In this document: in pieces, positions 46,475 through 55,572 of the stretch | Position numbering within the stretch: position 1 is the first letter of the stretch | Layout of the letters: the number at the start of each line of letters is the position of its first letter | Virus record (IMG/VR): IMGVR_UViG_3300046787_000408 | Span: 124,001 to 188,000 of that record | Reading direction: 5' to 3' (one strand) | Length of the DNA: 64,000 bases | The notes under the pieces: generated by a model | What the model saw: only the letters and a program-made list of their open reading frames with translations | What the model was told of the DNA's origin: nothing | The model's database searches: none | Position numbers and translations under genes: made by a program

Positions 46475-46630
46475 ATGTTCCGGGATGGGCACTGGGCTGA
46501 AATGATTGAATGGTGTGAGAACAATCTCTATCACGGCGGCCACTACGAGCCCAACTGGCATGCACAGTATCCCAGCTTTTACTTTTGGGACGAAAAGGAA
46601 TATTCACTGTTCCTGTTGAGGTGGTCATGA
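46475..46630 (+). CDS. LRW-family protein, array member 1 (start uncertain, may be upstream)
   Basis: EWCENN...FYFWDEKEYSLFLLRWS*. Confidence 0.7.
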   Translation: MFRDGHWAEMIEWCENNLYHGGHYEPNWHAQYPSFYFWDEKEYSLFLLRWS

Positions 46631-46839
46631 CAGCAAGATACAGTCGCAGCCGAGATCTCCTCCATCGTGTGACAGTGCCGCATTCGGGCGGTTGGGTGTG
46701 GGGCAAGGATCAAAGGTTTGTGTGGTGCGAGCAAAACTGTCAAGACAATTACAGGGGTGCCATGTTTCGTCGGGATCAAACTGTGTGGCATTTTAAATCC
46801 CAACAGGATGCTGTGTTGTTTGCGCTGAAGTGGGGTTGA
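46627..46839 (+). CDS. LRW-family protein, array member 2
   Basis: WCEQNC...WHFKSQQDAVLFALKWG*. Confidence 0.75.
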   Translation: MTARYSRSRDLLHRVTVPHSGGWVWGKDQRFVWCEQNCQDNYRGAMFRRDQTVWHFKSQQDAVLFALKWG

Positions 46840-46841
46840 TC

Positions 46842-47087
46842 GTGAAGTTAAATGTAACCAAATTCCGCAGTGTTGATTATTACATCGTTGAAATAGACGA
46901 AGACCATCAGTCTGGCGATACATGGTATGAACGCAGTTTTCCAGATGTTGATTCCTGGTGCGAGCACACATTTGGCGAACAAGACTTGTGGGGAGAAACT
47001 CCTGTCACAGGTTGGAAGCGTATGCGTAATCAATATTTCTTTACAGAAGAAGGCAAACGCGATTGGTTTGTTATGAGGTGGTCATGA
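46842..47087 (+). CDS. LRW-family protein, array member 3
   Basis: WCEHTFG...YFFTEEGKRDWFVMRWS*; GTG start. Confidence 0.75.
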   Translation: MKLNVTKFRSVDYYIVEIDEDHQSGDTWYERSFPDVDSWCEHTFGEQDLWGETPVTGWKRMRNQYFFTEEGKRDWFVMRWS

Positions 47088-47314
47088 CAGACAACCGCTT
47101 GCATAATGTACCAGTGCGATTGAAAACAAGAAACTTGATATGGAATACAGAAGCCCGACTTATCGAACTCAACGAATTACGAGCATGGTTAGACGAAATT
47201 ACAGAGTGGCAACCGGACATGTATGAACTAAAGTTTCACAGTTCCGGACGTCAATGTGTTGCATGGTTTGCTGATGAACAGCATGCCGTGCTTTGTGCTT
47301 TGAGGTGGACATGA
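47084..47314 (+). CDS. LRW-family protein, array member 4
   Basis: WLDE...WFADEQHAVLCALRWT*. Confidence 0.75.
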   Translation: MTDNRLHNVPVRLKTRNLIWNTEARLIELNELRAWLDEITEWQPDMYELKFHSSGRQCVAWFADEQHAVLCALRWT

Positions 47315-47541
47315 GAGTAAATATTGAACCTTATTGGAAAAAGCTGGCCAATTGGTATTGGGAAAATGCTGGCGGCTACGAAGGTGTTGGCATGAGTATC
47401 TGGGACATGCTTGAACGTGATTACAGTGCTCGAAAAGTTTACCACGGTGAGCGTGGTGGCAAACTTGGCCTAAAGAAACAAATGATTGTTGAGTTCCCTA
47501 GCGAGCAAATGTATACCTTGTTTGCATTGAGGTGGTCATGA
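47311..47541 (+). CDS. LRW-family protein, array member 5
   Basis: VEFPSEQMYTLFALRWS*. Confidence 0.75.
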   Translation: MRVNIEPYWKKLANWYWENAGGYEGVGMSIWDMLERDYSARKVYHGERGGKLGLKKQMIVEFPSEQMYTLFALRWS

Positions 47542-47855
47542 TCACAAGCATTTGGAGACACGAAGATGACGTTTGCCCCAGAGTCAGCGGGCATTACCTG
47601 GCCTATAAATTGCCATCCCTGGGTGATGACGAAGAGGGCTATGGATTGTATTACTGGGACAACTATTATACAGAATGGCGAGAGACCCAGGCTCCGCACT
47701 CTCACTCTATCCGAGTCAGCATCTGGACTCCTTGCCCCGACCATGATCCGGGTACCCATATTTCACGACAACCAGTGCAGGCAGAAATTGAAGCCTGGCG
47801 CAATGTGTGCAATGCAATTGACCAATACAACTTGATCACAAAGTTAACACAATGA
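47538..47855 (+). CDS. Hypothetical protein (DUF551-like pattern) within the array
   Basis: W...CP..SGHYL...YYW...W...IWTPCP. Confidence 0.6.
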   Translation: MITSIWRHEDDVCPRVSGHYLAYKLPSLGDDEEGYGLYYWDNYYTEWRETQAPHSHSIRVSIWTPCPDHDPGTHISRQPVQAEIEAWRNVCNAIDQYNLITKLTQ

Positions 47856-48280
47856 ACATTATCAAAGATGTAACTGAAGGCATAGAACCTTTCCCGTTCC
47901 TTTCGTACCAACAAGCACTCTGGGACCGACTGAATCAAGGTGGATTCAAACAGGGTCAAATATCTTTGTATGCTTCGGGTCGGCGGACTGGCAAGAGTCT
48001 CTATCAGAAAATGGTGCTCAACAAATTGTATGGTACTAACCTTTGCAAAGAAATTGTATTACCCATGAAGCCAGAACCCAAGTACAAGTTCAGTCGTGCC
48101 AAGTGGTATGAAGCAAAACTACCCGGTGACGGACAGGCAGTATTTGCTTGGTGTACTGAACAATTTGGTCCCGAGCCATACTACCCCGATGCTTGGTCAC
48201 GCTGGTACTTTAACGTGAATAGAACATTTAGATTCCGTGATGCCAAAGACTACGAATGGTTCCTGTTGAGGTGGGCATGA
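47852..48280 (+). CDS. LRW-family protein fused to an N-terminal P-loop remnant, array member 6
   Basis: GGFKQGQISLYASGRRTGKS, then WCTEQFG...FRFRDAKDYEWFLLRWA*. Confidence 0.72.
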   Translation: MNIIKDVTEGIEPFPFLSYQQALWDRLNQGGFKQGQISLYASGRRTGKSLYQKMVLNKLYGTNLCKEIVLPMKPEPKYKFSRAKWYEAKLPGDGQAVFAWCTEQFGPEPYYPDAWSRWYFNVNRTFRFRDAKDYEWFLLRWA

Positions 48281-48477
48281 CAGTAACACTACCCTATGAT
48301 CCTGATTGGAAAGCTTTGGCATGGGCTAAAGAATATTGTTCAAGTTATATCACCAACAAGGCCAGTAATACCACAAGACTAAAGCCGGTGTCTGGTGGTT
48401 GGGTTAATGATTCTAGCATTGTTTATTATTTTAGTGATGAACAAGATGCTGTAATGTTTGCATTAAGGTGGTTATGA
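48277..48477 (+). CDS. LRW-family protein, array member 7
   Basis: WAKEYC...YYFSDEQDAVMFALRWL*. Confidence 0.75.
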   Translation: MTVTLPYDPDWKALAWAKEYCSSYITNKASNTTRLKPVSGGWVNDSSIVYYFSDEQDAVMFALRWL

Positions 48478-48713
48478 CCGAAACTCAGCAACAATACAGT
48501 CATTTGGATTATGAAGTCATGCTTCAGAAGGACCAGTGTCGTAAAGTCATGCGATGGTGCGAAGAACAACACGGTCCACGATGGGAAGCTATAGGCAATA
48601 GATCTGGTGTATGGACGGTATTTTGGGCAGGCAGAGGACACACTGATCAGTATAGATTCTGTTTTGCACATGAAAAAGATATGATGATGTTTGTATTAAG
48701 GTGGTCAAAATGA
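48474..48713 (+). CDS. LRW-family protein, array member 8
   Basis: WCEEQHG...FCFAHEKDMMMFVLRWSK*. Confidence 0.75.
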   Translation: MTETQQQYSHLDYEVMLQKDQCRKVMRWCEEQHGPRWEAIGNRSGVWTVFWAGRGHTDQYRFCFAHEKDMMMFVLRWSK

Positions 48714-48943
48714 ATTCTAAACAACGACGAGCAGATCGCAAAGAGTGGCGCTATGAGGTCACCATCAACGATTCACAATCCTTTGTGAATTATGACGCTA
48801 TGTTTGATTGGTGTGTTGCCAACTACGGCAACACTCGCGGTATCAGTCCCAACGGTTGGCGTGAAAAACATGGGCATTTTGGCACTTGTTGGCAGTTCAA
48901 CGATTCACGTAAGGCCATGGCATTTGCACTAAAGTGGAAATGA
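48710..48943 (+). CDS. LRW-family protein, array member 9
   Basis: WCVANYG...WQFNDSRKAMAFALKWK*. Confidence 0.75.
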   Translation: MNSKQRRADRKEWRYEVTINDSQSFVNYDAMFDWCVANYGNTRGISPNGWREKHGHFGTCWQFNDSRKAMAFALKWK

Positions 48944-48959
48944 ATTTTATAAGTACTTT

Positions 48960-49631
48960 ATGAAATTTAACTCTCAAGTTATCCCTGACTTTTTAAGTGA
49001 ACAAGAAATTGCCTTGATTGAACAAGTGGTCGAAGCCAATCGAACAGAGTCTGACACTTACCGCGACATCAATCCAGTCTCAGGCCACAGTGCTGTGACA
49101 CACAGCATTCACCTAAACCATCCGTCTTATCGTGCTGTGGCTAACATTTTGGTACCCCGGTTTCAGCAACAGTTTGGTCCGGATATTAGTCTAGACAATG
49201 CACACATTTTGGATGCCTATGTTCCTTATGGTATCCACACTGATGTCATGAGTGCTGGATTTGATCCCAATGGCACCAAAGATGCTGCTTGGACCTTTAT
49301 CATTCCCTTGGACAATTATGATTCTAGTACCTTGGTATTTTCACAGCAACACGATACCATCAAGACCCTAGATCGCTGGATCGCTGAAACTGGGGCAGTA
49401 CCACATGGCATTGATGATGATTTGCATCAACAGTATTTGACACACGTGGATCGATTGGATTTACGGTACTTGGATGTGGAAGATATTTTTCCTTGGCGCA
49501 AGGGCAGTTTGTTTGCTGCATCTAGGCGAAAGTTTCACACCAGCGATAATTTCCCAGCCAAAGGAGTCAAATGCAAACGAGCTATTGTTATTTGGTCAAC
49601 TGTACCAAAGCAATATAATCAAAACACTTGA
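48960..49631 (+). CDS. 2OG-Fe(II) oxygenase-like protein
   Basis: YGIHTD (HxD), WTFIIPL, FHTSD; TAAGTA 4 nt upstream. Confidence 0.55.
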   Translation: MKFNSQVIPDFLSEQEIALIEQVVEANRTESDTYRDINPVSGHSAVTHSIHLNHPSYRAVANILVPRFQQQFGPDISLDNAHILDAYVPYGIHTDVMSAGFDPNGTKDAAWTFIIPLDNYDSSTLVFSQQHDTIKTLDRWIAETGAVPHGIDDDLHQQYLTHVDRLDLRYLDVEDIFPWRKGSLFAASRRKFHTSDNFPAKGVKCKRAIVIWSTVPKQYNQNT

Positions 49632-49656
49632 TTATGTTCAACAGCTAGTATACAAT
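49628..49656 (+). promoter_or_regulatory. sigma70-type promoter
   Basis: TTGATT-17-TACAAT. Confidence 0.6.
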
Positions 49657-49713
49657 AGTGACATGCTGCATGGGGCAGCTATATTTGATTTAACTTAATT
49701 CGAAAGAACCATT

Positions 49714-49983
49714 ATGCGTTTTAATCCAGAAACCAAAACATTCAAACTGTTTACCGCTCTTCGCACAGGCGAAGCCATCACTCCCGCAGCCGCTGCCAAG
49801 CGTTTCGGTATCAAGAACATGAGCGCTGAAGTCAGCCGTGTTCGTCAAGGAGGTTTCGCAGTGTATGCAAACACTCGCGTGGCCGGCAATGGTGTCAAGG
49901 TCACCGAGTACCAAATGGGTAAGCCAAGCCGCAAGTTGATTGCTGCCGGCTACAAGGCCATGGCATTGGGCTTGGTTGACTGA
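49714..49983 (+). CDS. Winged helix-turn-helix DNA-binding protein
   Basis: LRTGEAITPAAAAKRFGIKNMSAEVSRVRQGGFAVY pattern. Confidence 0.7.
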   Translation: MRFNPETKTFKLFTALRTGEAITPAAAAKRFGIKNMSAEVSRVRQGGFAVYANTRVAGNGVKVTEYQMGKPSRKLIAAGYKAMALGLVD

Positions 49984-50001
49984 TAAGCAGTTAGTATTAC
50001 C

Positions 50002-50030
50002 AAAAAGCCCGCTAATTTGGCGGGCTTTTT
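50002..50030 (+). terminator. Intrinsic terminator
   Basis: AAAAAGCCCGC-TAATTTG-GCGGGCTTTTT. Confidence 0.9.
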
Positions 50031-50031
50031 C

Positions 50032-50060
50032 TTGACCATTCGTGCAAGATACTGTATAAT
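50032..50060 (+). promoter_or_regulatory. sigma70-type promoter
   Basis: TTGACC-17-TATAAT-ACACATGTAAAGGAG. Confidence 0.85.
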
Positions 50061-50080
50061 ACACATGTAAAGGAGATAGT

Positions 50081-50533
50081 ATGTTTTTGAAACTACTGGA
50101 AAAATTGGGTCGCAAACGCATTGTGTTGGACCGTGTGGACAACGAACCCTACCTGGAACGCTACTACCTGTTTCTCAAAGACCGTGAGCGTTTTCCCTTC
50201 AATGTGTTCTTGCACAAGTTTCTCAAGAGTGACCCAGACGATGTACATGATCATCCCTGGCCCTATGCAACCCTGATCCTGAAAGGTGGATACTATGAAT
50301 GGCTTCCTCAATTTAACAGCAAAGGCGAAAAAATCGGTGAGCTCCAAGTTTGGCGAGGACCCGGCCATTTTCGTATATCTCGCGCTAACAGCTATCATCG
50401 TATTGAGCTTGACCCTGGGGTAACAGCATGGACCTTGTTCATGCCCGGTATCAAACAACGTGACTGGGGCTTCTTGGTCAAGAACAAATGGGTACAGTGG
50501 GAACAATATTTGAAACAAAGGAAGGCAGCATGA
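50081..50533 (+). CDS. Cupin-like phage protein
   Basis: LHKFLKSDPDDVHDHPW..ILKGGYYE...YHRIEL. Confidence 0.75.
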   Translation: MFLKLLEKLGRKRIVLDRVDNEPYLERYYLFLKDRERFPFNVFLHKFLKSDPDDVHDHPWPYATLILKGGYYEWLPQFNSKGEKIGELQVWRGPGHFRISRANSYHRIELDPGVTAWTLFMPGIKQRDWGFLVKNKWVQWEQYLKQRKAA

Positions 50534-50820
50534 ACTGGCTCAAACGACGACTTCGCAACTGGCTCAATGATCCAGATGCACCCGAGGAGGTCTATGCTAC
50601 TACTAAATCAAGCAACCGACTAGTATCTCGCAGTGACATAGACAGCGAAGACGGTCTCAGCATCACTGTGCGCAATGCAATTGGCGGACGTATTGTGACG
50701 TTCCGACACTATGACCGCAAAACAGATCGAAGCAATCACAAGCTATATATTGTGCCCGACGATCAAGACTTTGAACGTGAACTGGGCAAGATGATCACAC
50801 TGGAAAGCATGCGAGGTTGA
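50530..50820 (+). CDS. Hypothetical protein
   Basis: AIGGRIVTFRHYD motif; ATGA-coupled. Confidence 0.7.
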   Translation: MNWLKRRLRNWLNDPDAPEEVYATTKSSNRLVSRSDIDSEDGLSITVRNAIGGRIVTFRHYDRKTDRSNHKLYIVPDDQDFERELGKMITLESMRG

Positions 50821-50821
50821 T

Positions 50822-51160
50822 ATGGAATATTTTTTGGCATTTTTAGCGGGTATGATAACAGCAATGTTGATCTTGCGATGGGCTGTTCGCCGTGTGATTG
50901 ATCGTGTGGTAGACCGATTGCTGCCAGAAGTAGTCCAAGAAACTGATCAAGATGACGGCATTCGACTCAAATTAGAGTTTGACCAAAACACTTATTTCAC
51001 GTATAATACAGAAAACAATCAGTTTGTATGCCAGGCAACAACCGTGCAACAGTTGCGCGAACGCTTGAGTGAAATGTTTCCGGGACAAACTGCCACAATT
51101 GTTGAAGGTGATCCAGTAATACTGGCCGCTTTGCAACAAGAACTTGAACGCACAAAATGA
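50822..51160 (+). CDS. Hypothetical protein with N-terminal TM anchor
   Basis: Hydrophobic N-terminus; GAGG SD. Confidence 0.7.
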   Translation: MEYFLAFLAGMITAMLILRWAVRRVIDRVVDRLLPEVVQETDQDDGIRLKLEFDQNTYFTYNTENNQFVCQATTVQQLRERLSEMFPGQTATIVEGDPVILAALQQELERTK

Positions 51161-51969
51161 AAATTTCAATTGCATCAGATCTACACCTTGAGTTTGGAGA
51201 CTTGGACTTTGACAACAGCGAAGGTGCTGATGTTTTGATTCTCAGCGGAGATATTCTAGTAGTAGAAGATCTGCGTGACTATGACGCCAACAACATCATG
51301 GGCGAAAGCACCAAGAGTCAGCGTTGGCATCAGTTCATGCAACGATGCAGTGAGCGATTCCCACATGTGATCTATGTGCTGGGCAATCACGAACACTATC
51401 ACGGTAACTTCAGCAAAAACAAAACTCGCTTGGCAGAACGTTTGGCCTACTTGCCCAACTTGCATGTACTGGAACGTGATGTGTTTCGGGTAGACGACGT
51501 GACCTTTATTGGTGGCACATTATGGACTGACATGAACAATGGTGATCAGCTGACCATTTATCACATGCGCACCATGATGAACGACTTTCGTGTGATCTGG
51601 AACGAAGCCAAGGCTCGTAGATTCTCGCCCCAGGATGCATTTGAAGAACACTTCAAAACCAAGCAGTATATCAGCACTATTGTAGAAGGCAAAGCGGACC
51701 AAAAGTTTGTGGTATGCGGACACCATGCCCCCAGTCACCTTAGCATTCATGCACGGTACGGCAACGACCAAATCATGAACGGTGGCTACTACTCAGACCT
51801 AAGTGAGTTTATTTTGGATCGTCCGCAGATTTGTCTTTGGACGCATGGACACACTCACCATCCTTTTGACTACATGATTGGCGACACTCGTGTGGTTTGT
51901 AACCCACGTGGCTATATTGGTCACGAACCGGAGGCAGACTCATGGCAACTGAAAACAGTGGAGATATAA
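51157..51969 (+). CDS. Calcineurin-like metallophosphoesterase
   Basis: SDLHLE, LSGDI, LGNHEHY, GHHAP, HGHTH, NPRGY. Confidence 0.92.
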   Translation: MKISIASDLHLEFGDLDFDNSEGADVLILSGDILVVEDLRDYDANNIMGESTKSQRWHQFMQRCSERFPHVIYVLGNHEHYHGNFSKNKTRLAERLAYLPNLHVLERDVFRVDDVTFIGGTLWTDMNNGDQLTIYHMRTMMNDFRVIWNEAKARRFSPQDAFEEHFKTKQYISTIVEGKADQKFVVCGHHAPSHLSIHARYGNDQIMNGGYYSDLSEFILDRPQICLWTHGHTHHPFDYMIGDTRVVCNPRGYIGHEPEADSWQLKTVEI

Positions 51970-52094
51970 AGCCGCCTTTGTTTCAGAGCATGTTGGCTCG
52001 CCTGGAACATATACGCACCAAACGACGACTCAAGGCAGCGTTTGCGCGAAAGCCTAGACCTGCTAGAGTCAAACCCAAGGATGAAAATGAATAA
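51942..52094 (+). CDS. Small basic protein (below cutoff)
   Basis: GGAGG SD, MATENSGDIKPPLFQSMLARLEHIRTKRRLK..., 50 aa, fills the gap. Confidence 0.5.
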   Translation: MATENSGDIKPPLFQSMLARLEHIRTKRRLKAAFARKPRPARVKPKDENE

Positions 52095-52341
52095 TCAAGA
52101 AATTCCAGCAAAAGGCCAACGCGGTATTCTGATATCAGGATTTGGTGGCGGAGTATACTTTAGACAGTATGCTGAGGATCATTCGTTTGTGGACTACGAA
52201 GTCACCAACTATGATGTGGAGATCGAAATCCTAGACCCGCATGCTGCCTTGATACGCAATGAGCGTGGCGATTTCTTGGACTATACTGCGGAGAGCATGC
52301 GTGTCGTATCAAAAAGTAACACTAACAGCAAAACAGATTAA
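52081..52341 (+). CDS. Hypothetical protein
   Basis: FVDYEV...EIEILD pattern. Confidence 0.65.
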   Translation: MKMNNQEIPAKGQRGILISGFGGGVYFRQYAEDHSFVDYEVTNYDVEIEILDPHAALIRNERGDFLDYTAESMRVVSKSNTNSKTD

Positions 52342-52501
52342 AGAGTTGGCAGTGTGGATCTCACTCAATGGCAGTATTGAGCGAGTGACCATTGAAGAAA
52401 CCAACGACTCTGGGATTGGCCTCAACCACACAGCGATTTATCATACTCAACAAGTTGAACGCACATACTCTCAAAACATAACAGACGTAGGAGCCTGGTA
52501 A
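52301..52501 (+). CDS. Hypothetical protein
   Basis: GTG start; ends DVGAW*; TAATG-coupled. Confidence 0.6.
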   Translation: MSYQKVTLTAKQIKELAVWISLNGSIERVTIEETNDSGIGLNHTAIYHTQQVERTYSQNITDVGAW

Positions 52502-53211
52502 TGAAAATCTATCTATCAAAACCCCGAGATCACTGGATCTCACCATATACCATGTTGGACTACATGTTTTTCTGGACCGACTGGTCAAAGTGCAGTCGAG
52601 ACAAAAGTATTCGCGGCCTTGACGACCGCACTTATGTGGAGCGTCCAGAATGGTGCGAAAAGTGGAGTGACCGCTTGGTGCCCCTCAGCAAGGCAATTCA
52701 CTGGGTATGGGATCGAGTGCATCCTGAAATCAAGATTGTCAAGATTGATTACTGGGATACCTGGAGCATGGACCATACTCTGAGTCCTATTATCCTGCCC
52801 ATGCTCAAGCAACTCAAAGAAAAGAAACATGGTAGTCCATTTGTGGATGACGAAGATGTGCCCGAACACCTGCGTAGCACAGCGGCACCGCCCAAAGAAA
52901 ACGAGTGGGACACAGATGAAAACCACTTCAAGCGCTGGGACTGGGCCATGGACGAAATGATCTTTGCGTTTGAGTGCAAAGTAGATGATAGTTGGGAAGA
53001 TGCTTTCCGTTCAGGCGAACATGACATCAAATGGATTCCCGTAGACGCAGCCGGCAACGAAGTGCCCAAAGGAGAGCACAAGTACTATCAAATGGGTAAA
53101 GGTCCCAATGACACTTACCAGTGCGACTATGATGCCATGAAGGTGGTGGAAGCTCGTATCCAAAACGGATTCCGACTGTTTGGCAAGTACTACCAAGCAC
53201 TTTGGGATTGA
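52501..53211 (+). CDS. Conserved hypothetical phage protein
   Basis: KIDYWDTWSMDHTL..IILPML, RWDW, GFRLFGKYYQALWD. Confidence 0.75.
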   Translation: MKIYLSKPRDHWISPYTMLDYMFFWTDWSKCSRDKSIRGLDDRTYVERPEWCEKWSDRLVPLSKAIHWVWDRVHPEIKIVKIDYWDTWSMDHTLSPIILPMLKQLKEKKHGSPFVDDEDVPEHLRSTAAPPKENEWDTDENHFKRWDWAMDEMIFAFECKVDDSWEDAFRSGEHDIKWIPVDAAGNEVPKGEHKYYQMGKGPNDTYQCDYDAMKVVEARIQNGFRLFGKYYQALWD

Positions 53212-53236
53212 CCATTGACCAACAGTGTGTTACAAT
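53208..53236 (+). promoter_or_regulatory. sigma70-type promoter (leaderless)
   Basis: TTGACC-17-TACAAT, ATG 5 nt later. Confidence 0.75.
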
Positions 53237-53241
53237 AGCTT

Positions 53242-53931
53242 ATGACTACTCAAGACTTGACACTAGACTGGGACGACTTTAAAGCGGTATTCAAGCCCGA
53301 ACCCGAGCCGGACGTGACATTCAAAGATGACCCTGTTGCCCTGGCCTGGGCAGTGTATCGTTTGTATTTGAAAAATCCAGCAAACCGCTGGGCTGACTTT
53401 GCTGACGTTGAAGTCACTGCGGAAGATCGTGCAGTAGCACAAGAAATTCGCAGTTACTACACTGGTCGCATCTTGATGGATACCATGAAGTCCAAAAACC
53501 CCATGAGCGAGTTTAGAAAAAAGCTGTACGGACTTTTAATTGGCGAAACTGGACTCAAGAAAAAAGACATTGGCCTGCTGTATAGACTGCCGTACTTTTA
53601 TGTTGAAGACACTGATCTGGACCAAGTTATTGCACAAACCCAGTCAGCATCTGTAATGTTTGGTAAGGAGTTGGCAGGCACATTTACTTTGATCAAGCGC
53701 ATACTGGTCAGTCGACGCTCTGGGGACTATGTACAGTTTTGGCTACGACATCACAAGCGCATGGATCCGTTTTTGATTGTGGTCAAGACAGACAATCCCT
53801 TGTTGAATTTGCTGGAGAGCGTACTGGAAAATCCAGTACAGTTGAGCGCAACAGCATACCACAAAACGCACCGCGGATACCACCGCAACAGGTATTTTCA
53901 TCAGCTTGGCAACGTCAAGCTGGTAAATTAA
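53242..53931 (+). CDS. Hypothetical protein
   Basis: 229 aa behind promoter. Confidence 0.72.
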   Translation: MTTQDLTLDWDDFKAVFKPEPEPDVTFKDDPVALAWAVYRLYLKNPANRWADFADVEVTAEDRAVAQEIRSYYTGRILMDTMKSKNPMSEFRKKLYGLLIGETGLKKKDIGLLYRLPYFYVEDTDLDQVIAQTQSASVMFGKELAGTFTLIKRILVSRRSGDYVQFWLRHHKRMDPFLIVVKTDNPLLNLLESVLENPVQLSATAYHKTHRGYHRNRYFHQLGNVKLVN

Positions 53932-53947
53932 TTTAAAGAAGGAAACT

Positions 53948-55048
53948 ATGAGCTATCTATTTACAAGTGAAAGCGTGTCAGAAGGACACCCAGATAAAAT
54001 TGCCGATGCAATTTCAGATGCAATTCTTGACTTGGTCATGGCCAAGCAAGATCCAGCATTGCGATGTGCATGCGAGACTTTGGTCACAACCAACCGTGTG
54101 ATTATTGCTGGTGAGTACAAAGGTGTACTGCATCCTGCTGAAGTTGAAAGTGCTGTACGCAAAGTGATCAAAAACGTGGGCTATGAACAGTCAGGCTTTG
54201 ACTGGCGCACTGTTGAAATCACCAACTTGTTGCACGGACAAAGTGCTGATATTGCCTTGGGCACTGATAACTTTGGTGCAGGCGATCAAGGCTTGATGTT
54301 TGGATATGCTTGCAACGAAACTGACACTTACATGCCCAGTGCCATTTACTGGAGTCATCGTATTGTAGAGCAATTGACACAAGCCCGCAAAGACGGCGTT
54401 CTAACATTTTTGGGCCCTGATGCAAAAAGTCAAGTAACCTTTGAATACAATGACGACGGTTCACCCAAACGCATTGCCAAGGTGGTATGTAGCACACAAC
54501 ACTCAGAAGAAACCAGTATTGAAACTGTGCGTAATGTAGTAGGTGCATTTATCAAAAGTGTTTTGCCCGGAAAGTATGTAGATGATCAAACAGAATTCTT
54601 TATCAACCCTACTGGTCGATTTGTTATTGGCGGTCCCGATGGTGATACTGGGCTTACTGGCCGTAAGATTATTGTTGATACCTATGGTGGCTATAGCCCT
54701 CATGGTGGGGGAGCCTTCAGTGGCAAAGATCCTACTAAGGTTGATCGAAGCGCTGCCTACATGATGCGCTACATTGCCAAGAACATTGTGGCTAGTGGTA
54801 AAGCACCTTGGGCTACTTGTCAAATCAGCTATGCAATTGGACTTGCACAACCCATGAGTTTTTATGTTGAGTGTGAAGACCTAGCACTAGCACGTGAACT
54901 GACTGAGTTGATTCCCACCTTGGTTGATTTGACCCCTGCAGGTATTATCAAGCGTTTTGACCTGTTCCGTCCAATCTACAGTGGCACCACAAACTATGGT
55001 CACTTTGGCCGGGCTGACTTGCCTTGGGAACGACTGGACTTGTTCTAA
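53948..55048 (+). CDS. metK: S-adenosylmethionine synthetase
   Basis: FTSESVSEGHPDK, GAGDQG, GLTGRKIIVDTYGG, GGGAFSGKD, VDRSAAY. Confidence 0.98.
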   Translation: MSYLFTSESVSEGHPDKIADAISDAILDLVMAKQDPALRCACETLVTTNRVIIAGEYKGVLHPAEVESAVRKVIKNVGYEQSGFDWRTVEITNLLHGQSADIALGTDNFGAGDQGLMFGYACNETDTYMPSAIYWSHRIVEQLTQARKDGVLTFLGPDAKSQVTFEYNDDGSPKRIAKVVCSTQHSEETSIETVRNVVGAFIKSVLPGKYVDDQTEFFINPTGRFVIGGPDGDTGLTGRKIIVDTYGGYSPHGGGAFSGKDPTKVDRSAAYMMRYIAKNIVASGKAPWATCQISYAIGLAQPMSFYVECEDLALARELTELIPTLVDLTPAGIIKRFDLFRPIYSGTTNYGHFGRADLPWERLDLF

Positions 55049-55068
55049 CCCAACAAGTTGAAAACACT

Positions 55069-55302
55069 GTGTTGACTATAAACCGAGTGTTACTTGAGCA
55101 TATCACACCAACTGAAGCTATAGAGTTCAAGCTTCAGTTGGTGCGTGATGGCCTGATCCTGGATCAAGATTTTTGCTGGGCATACCACCAAGCATATTAT
55201 GATAATTTTTCTAGTGATGCTGTGATCCCCAGGCATGCTACGTTTGATTTTAAAGACGGTGCCACAGCAACATTTTATCAGCTCAAATGGATCAAAACAT
55301 AA
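55069..55302 (+). CDS. LRW-family-like protein (start uncertain)
   Basis: FDFKDGATATFYQLKWIKT*. Confidence 0.6.
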   Translation: MLTINRVLLEHITPTEAIEFKLQLVRDGLILDQDFCWAYHQAYYDNFSSDAVIPRHATFDFKDGATATFYQLKWIKT

Positions 55303-55311
55303 CTAACAATA

Positions 55312-55542
55312 ATGCTGGCCACTGCACTCCCGGATCGTGAAAAAAACAGCTTTGCTCACAGCAAAGAAATTACCAAACCTTTTGGCAGTTTAGACAACAT
55401 AATTTGCTGGTGCAAAACTGAACTCTTAGATGAATGGCGTTGGGAACTGATTGAAGTTAGCACAGATCAACGACCCGGACGATACGTGTTTTATTTTGAT
55501 AGCGAACGAGATCTGTTTGCTTTTGTATTACATTGGTCATGA
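55312..55542 (+). CDS. LRW-family protein
   Basis: WCKTEL..EWRW...FYFDSERDLFAFVLHWS*. Confidence 0.72.
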   Translation: MLATALPDREKNSFAHSKEITKPFGSLDNIICWCKTELLDEWRWELIEVSTDQRPGRYVFYFDSERDLFAFVLHWS

Positions 55543-55543
55543 C

Positions 55544-55572
55544 TTGACCACAATTGAATCTTTTGTTACAAT
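55544..55572 (+). promoter_or_regulatory. sigma70-type promoter
   Basis: TTGACC-17-TACAAT. Confidence 0.75.
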
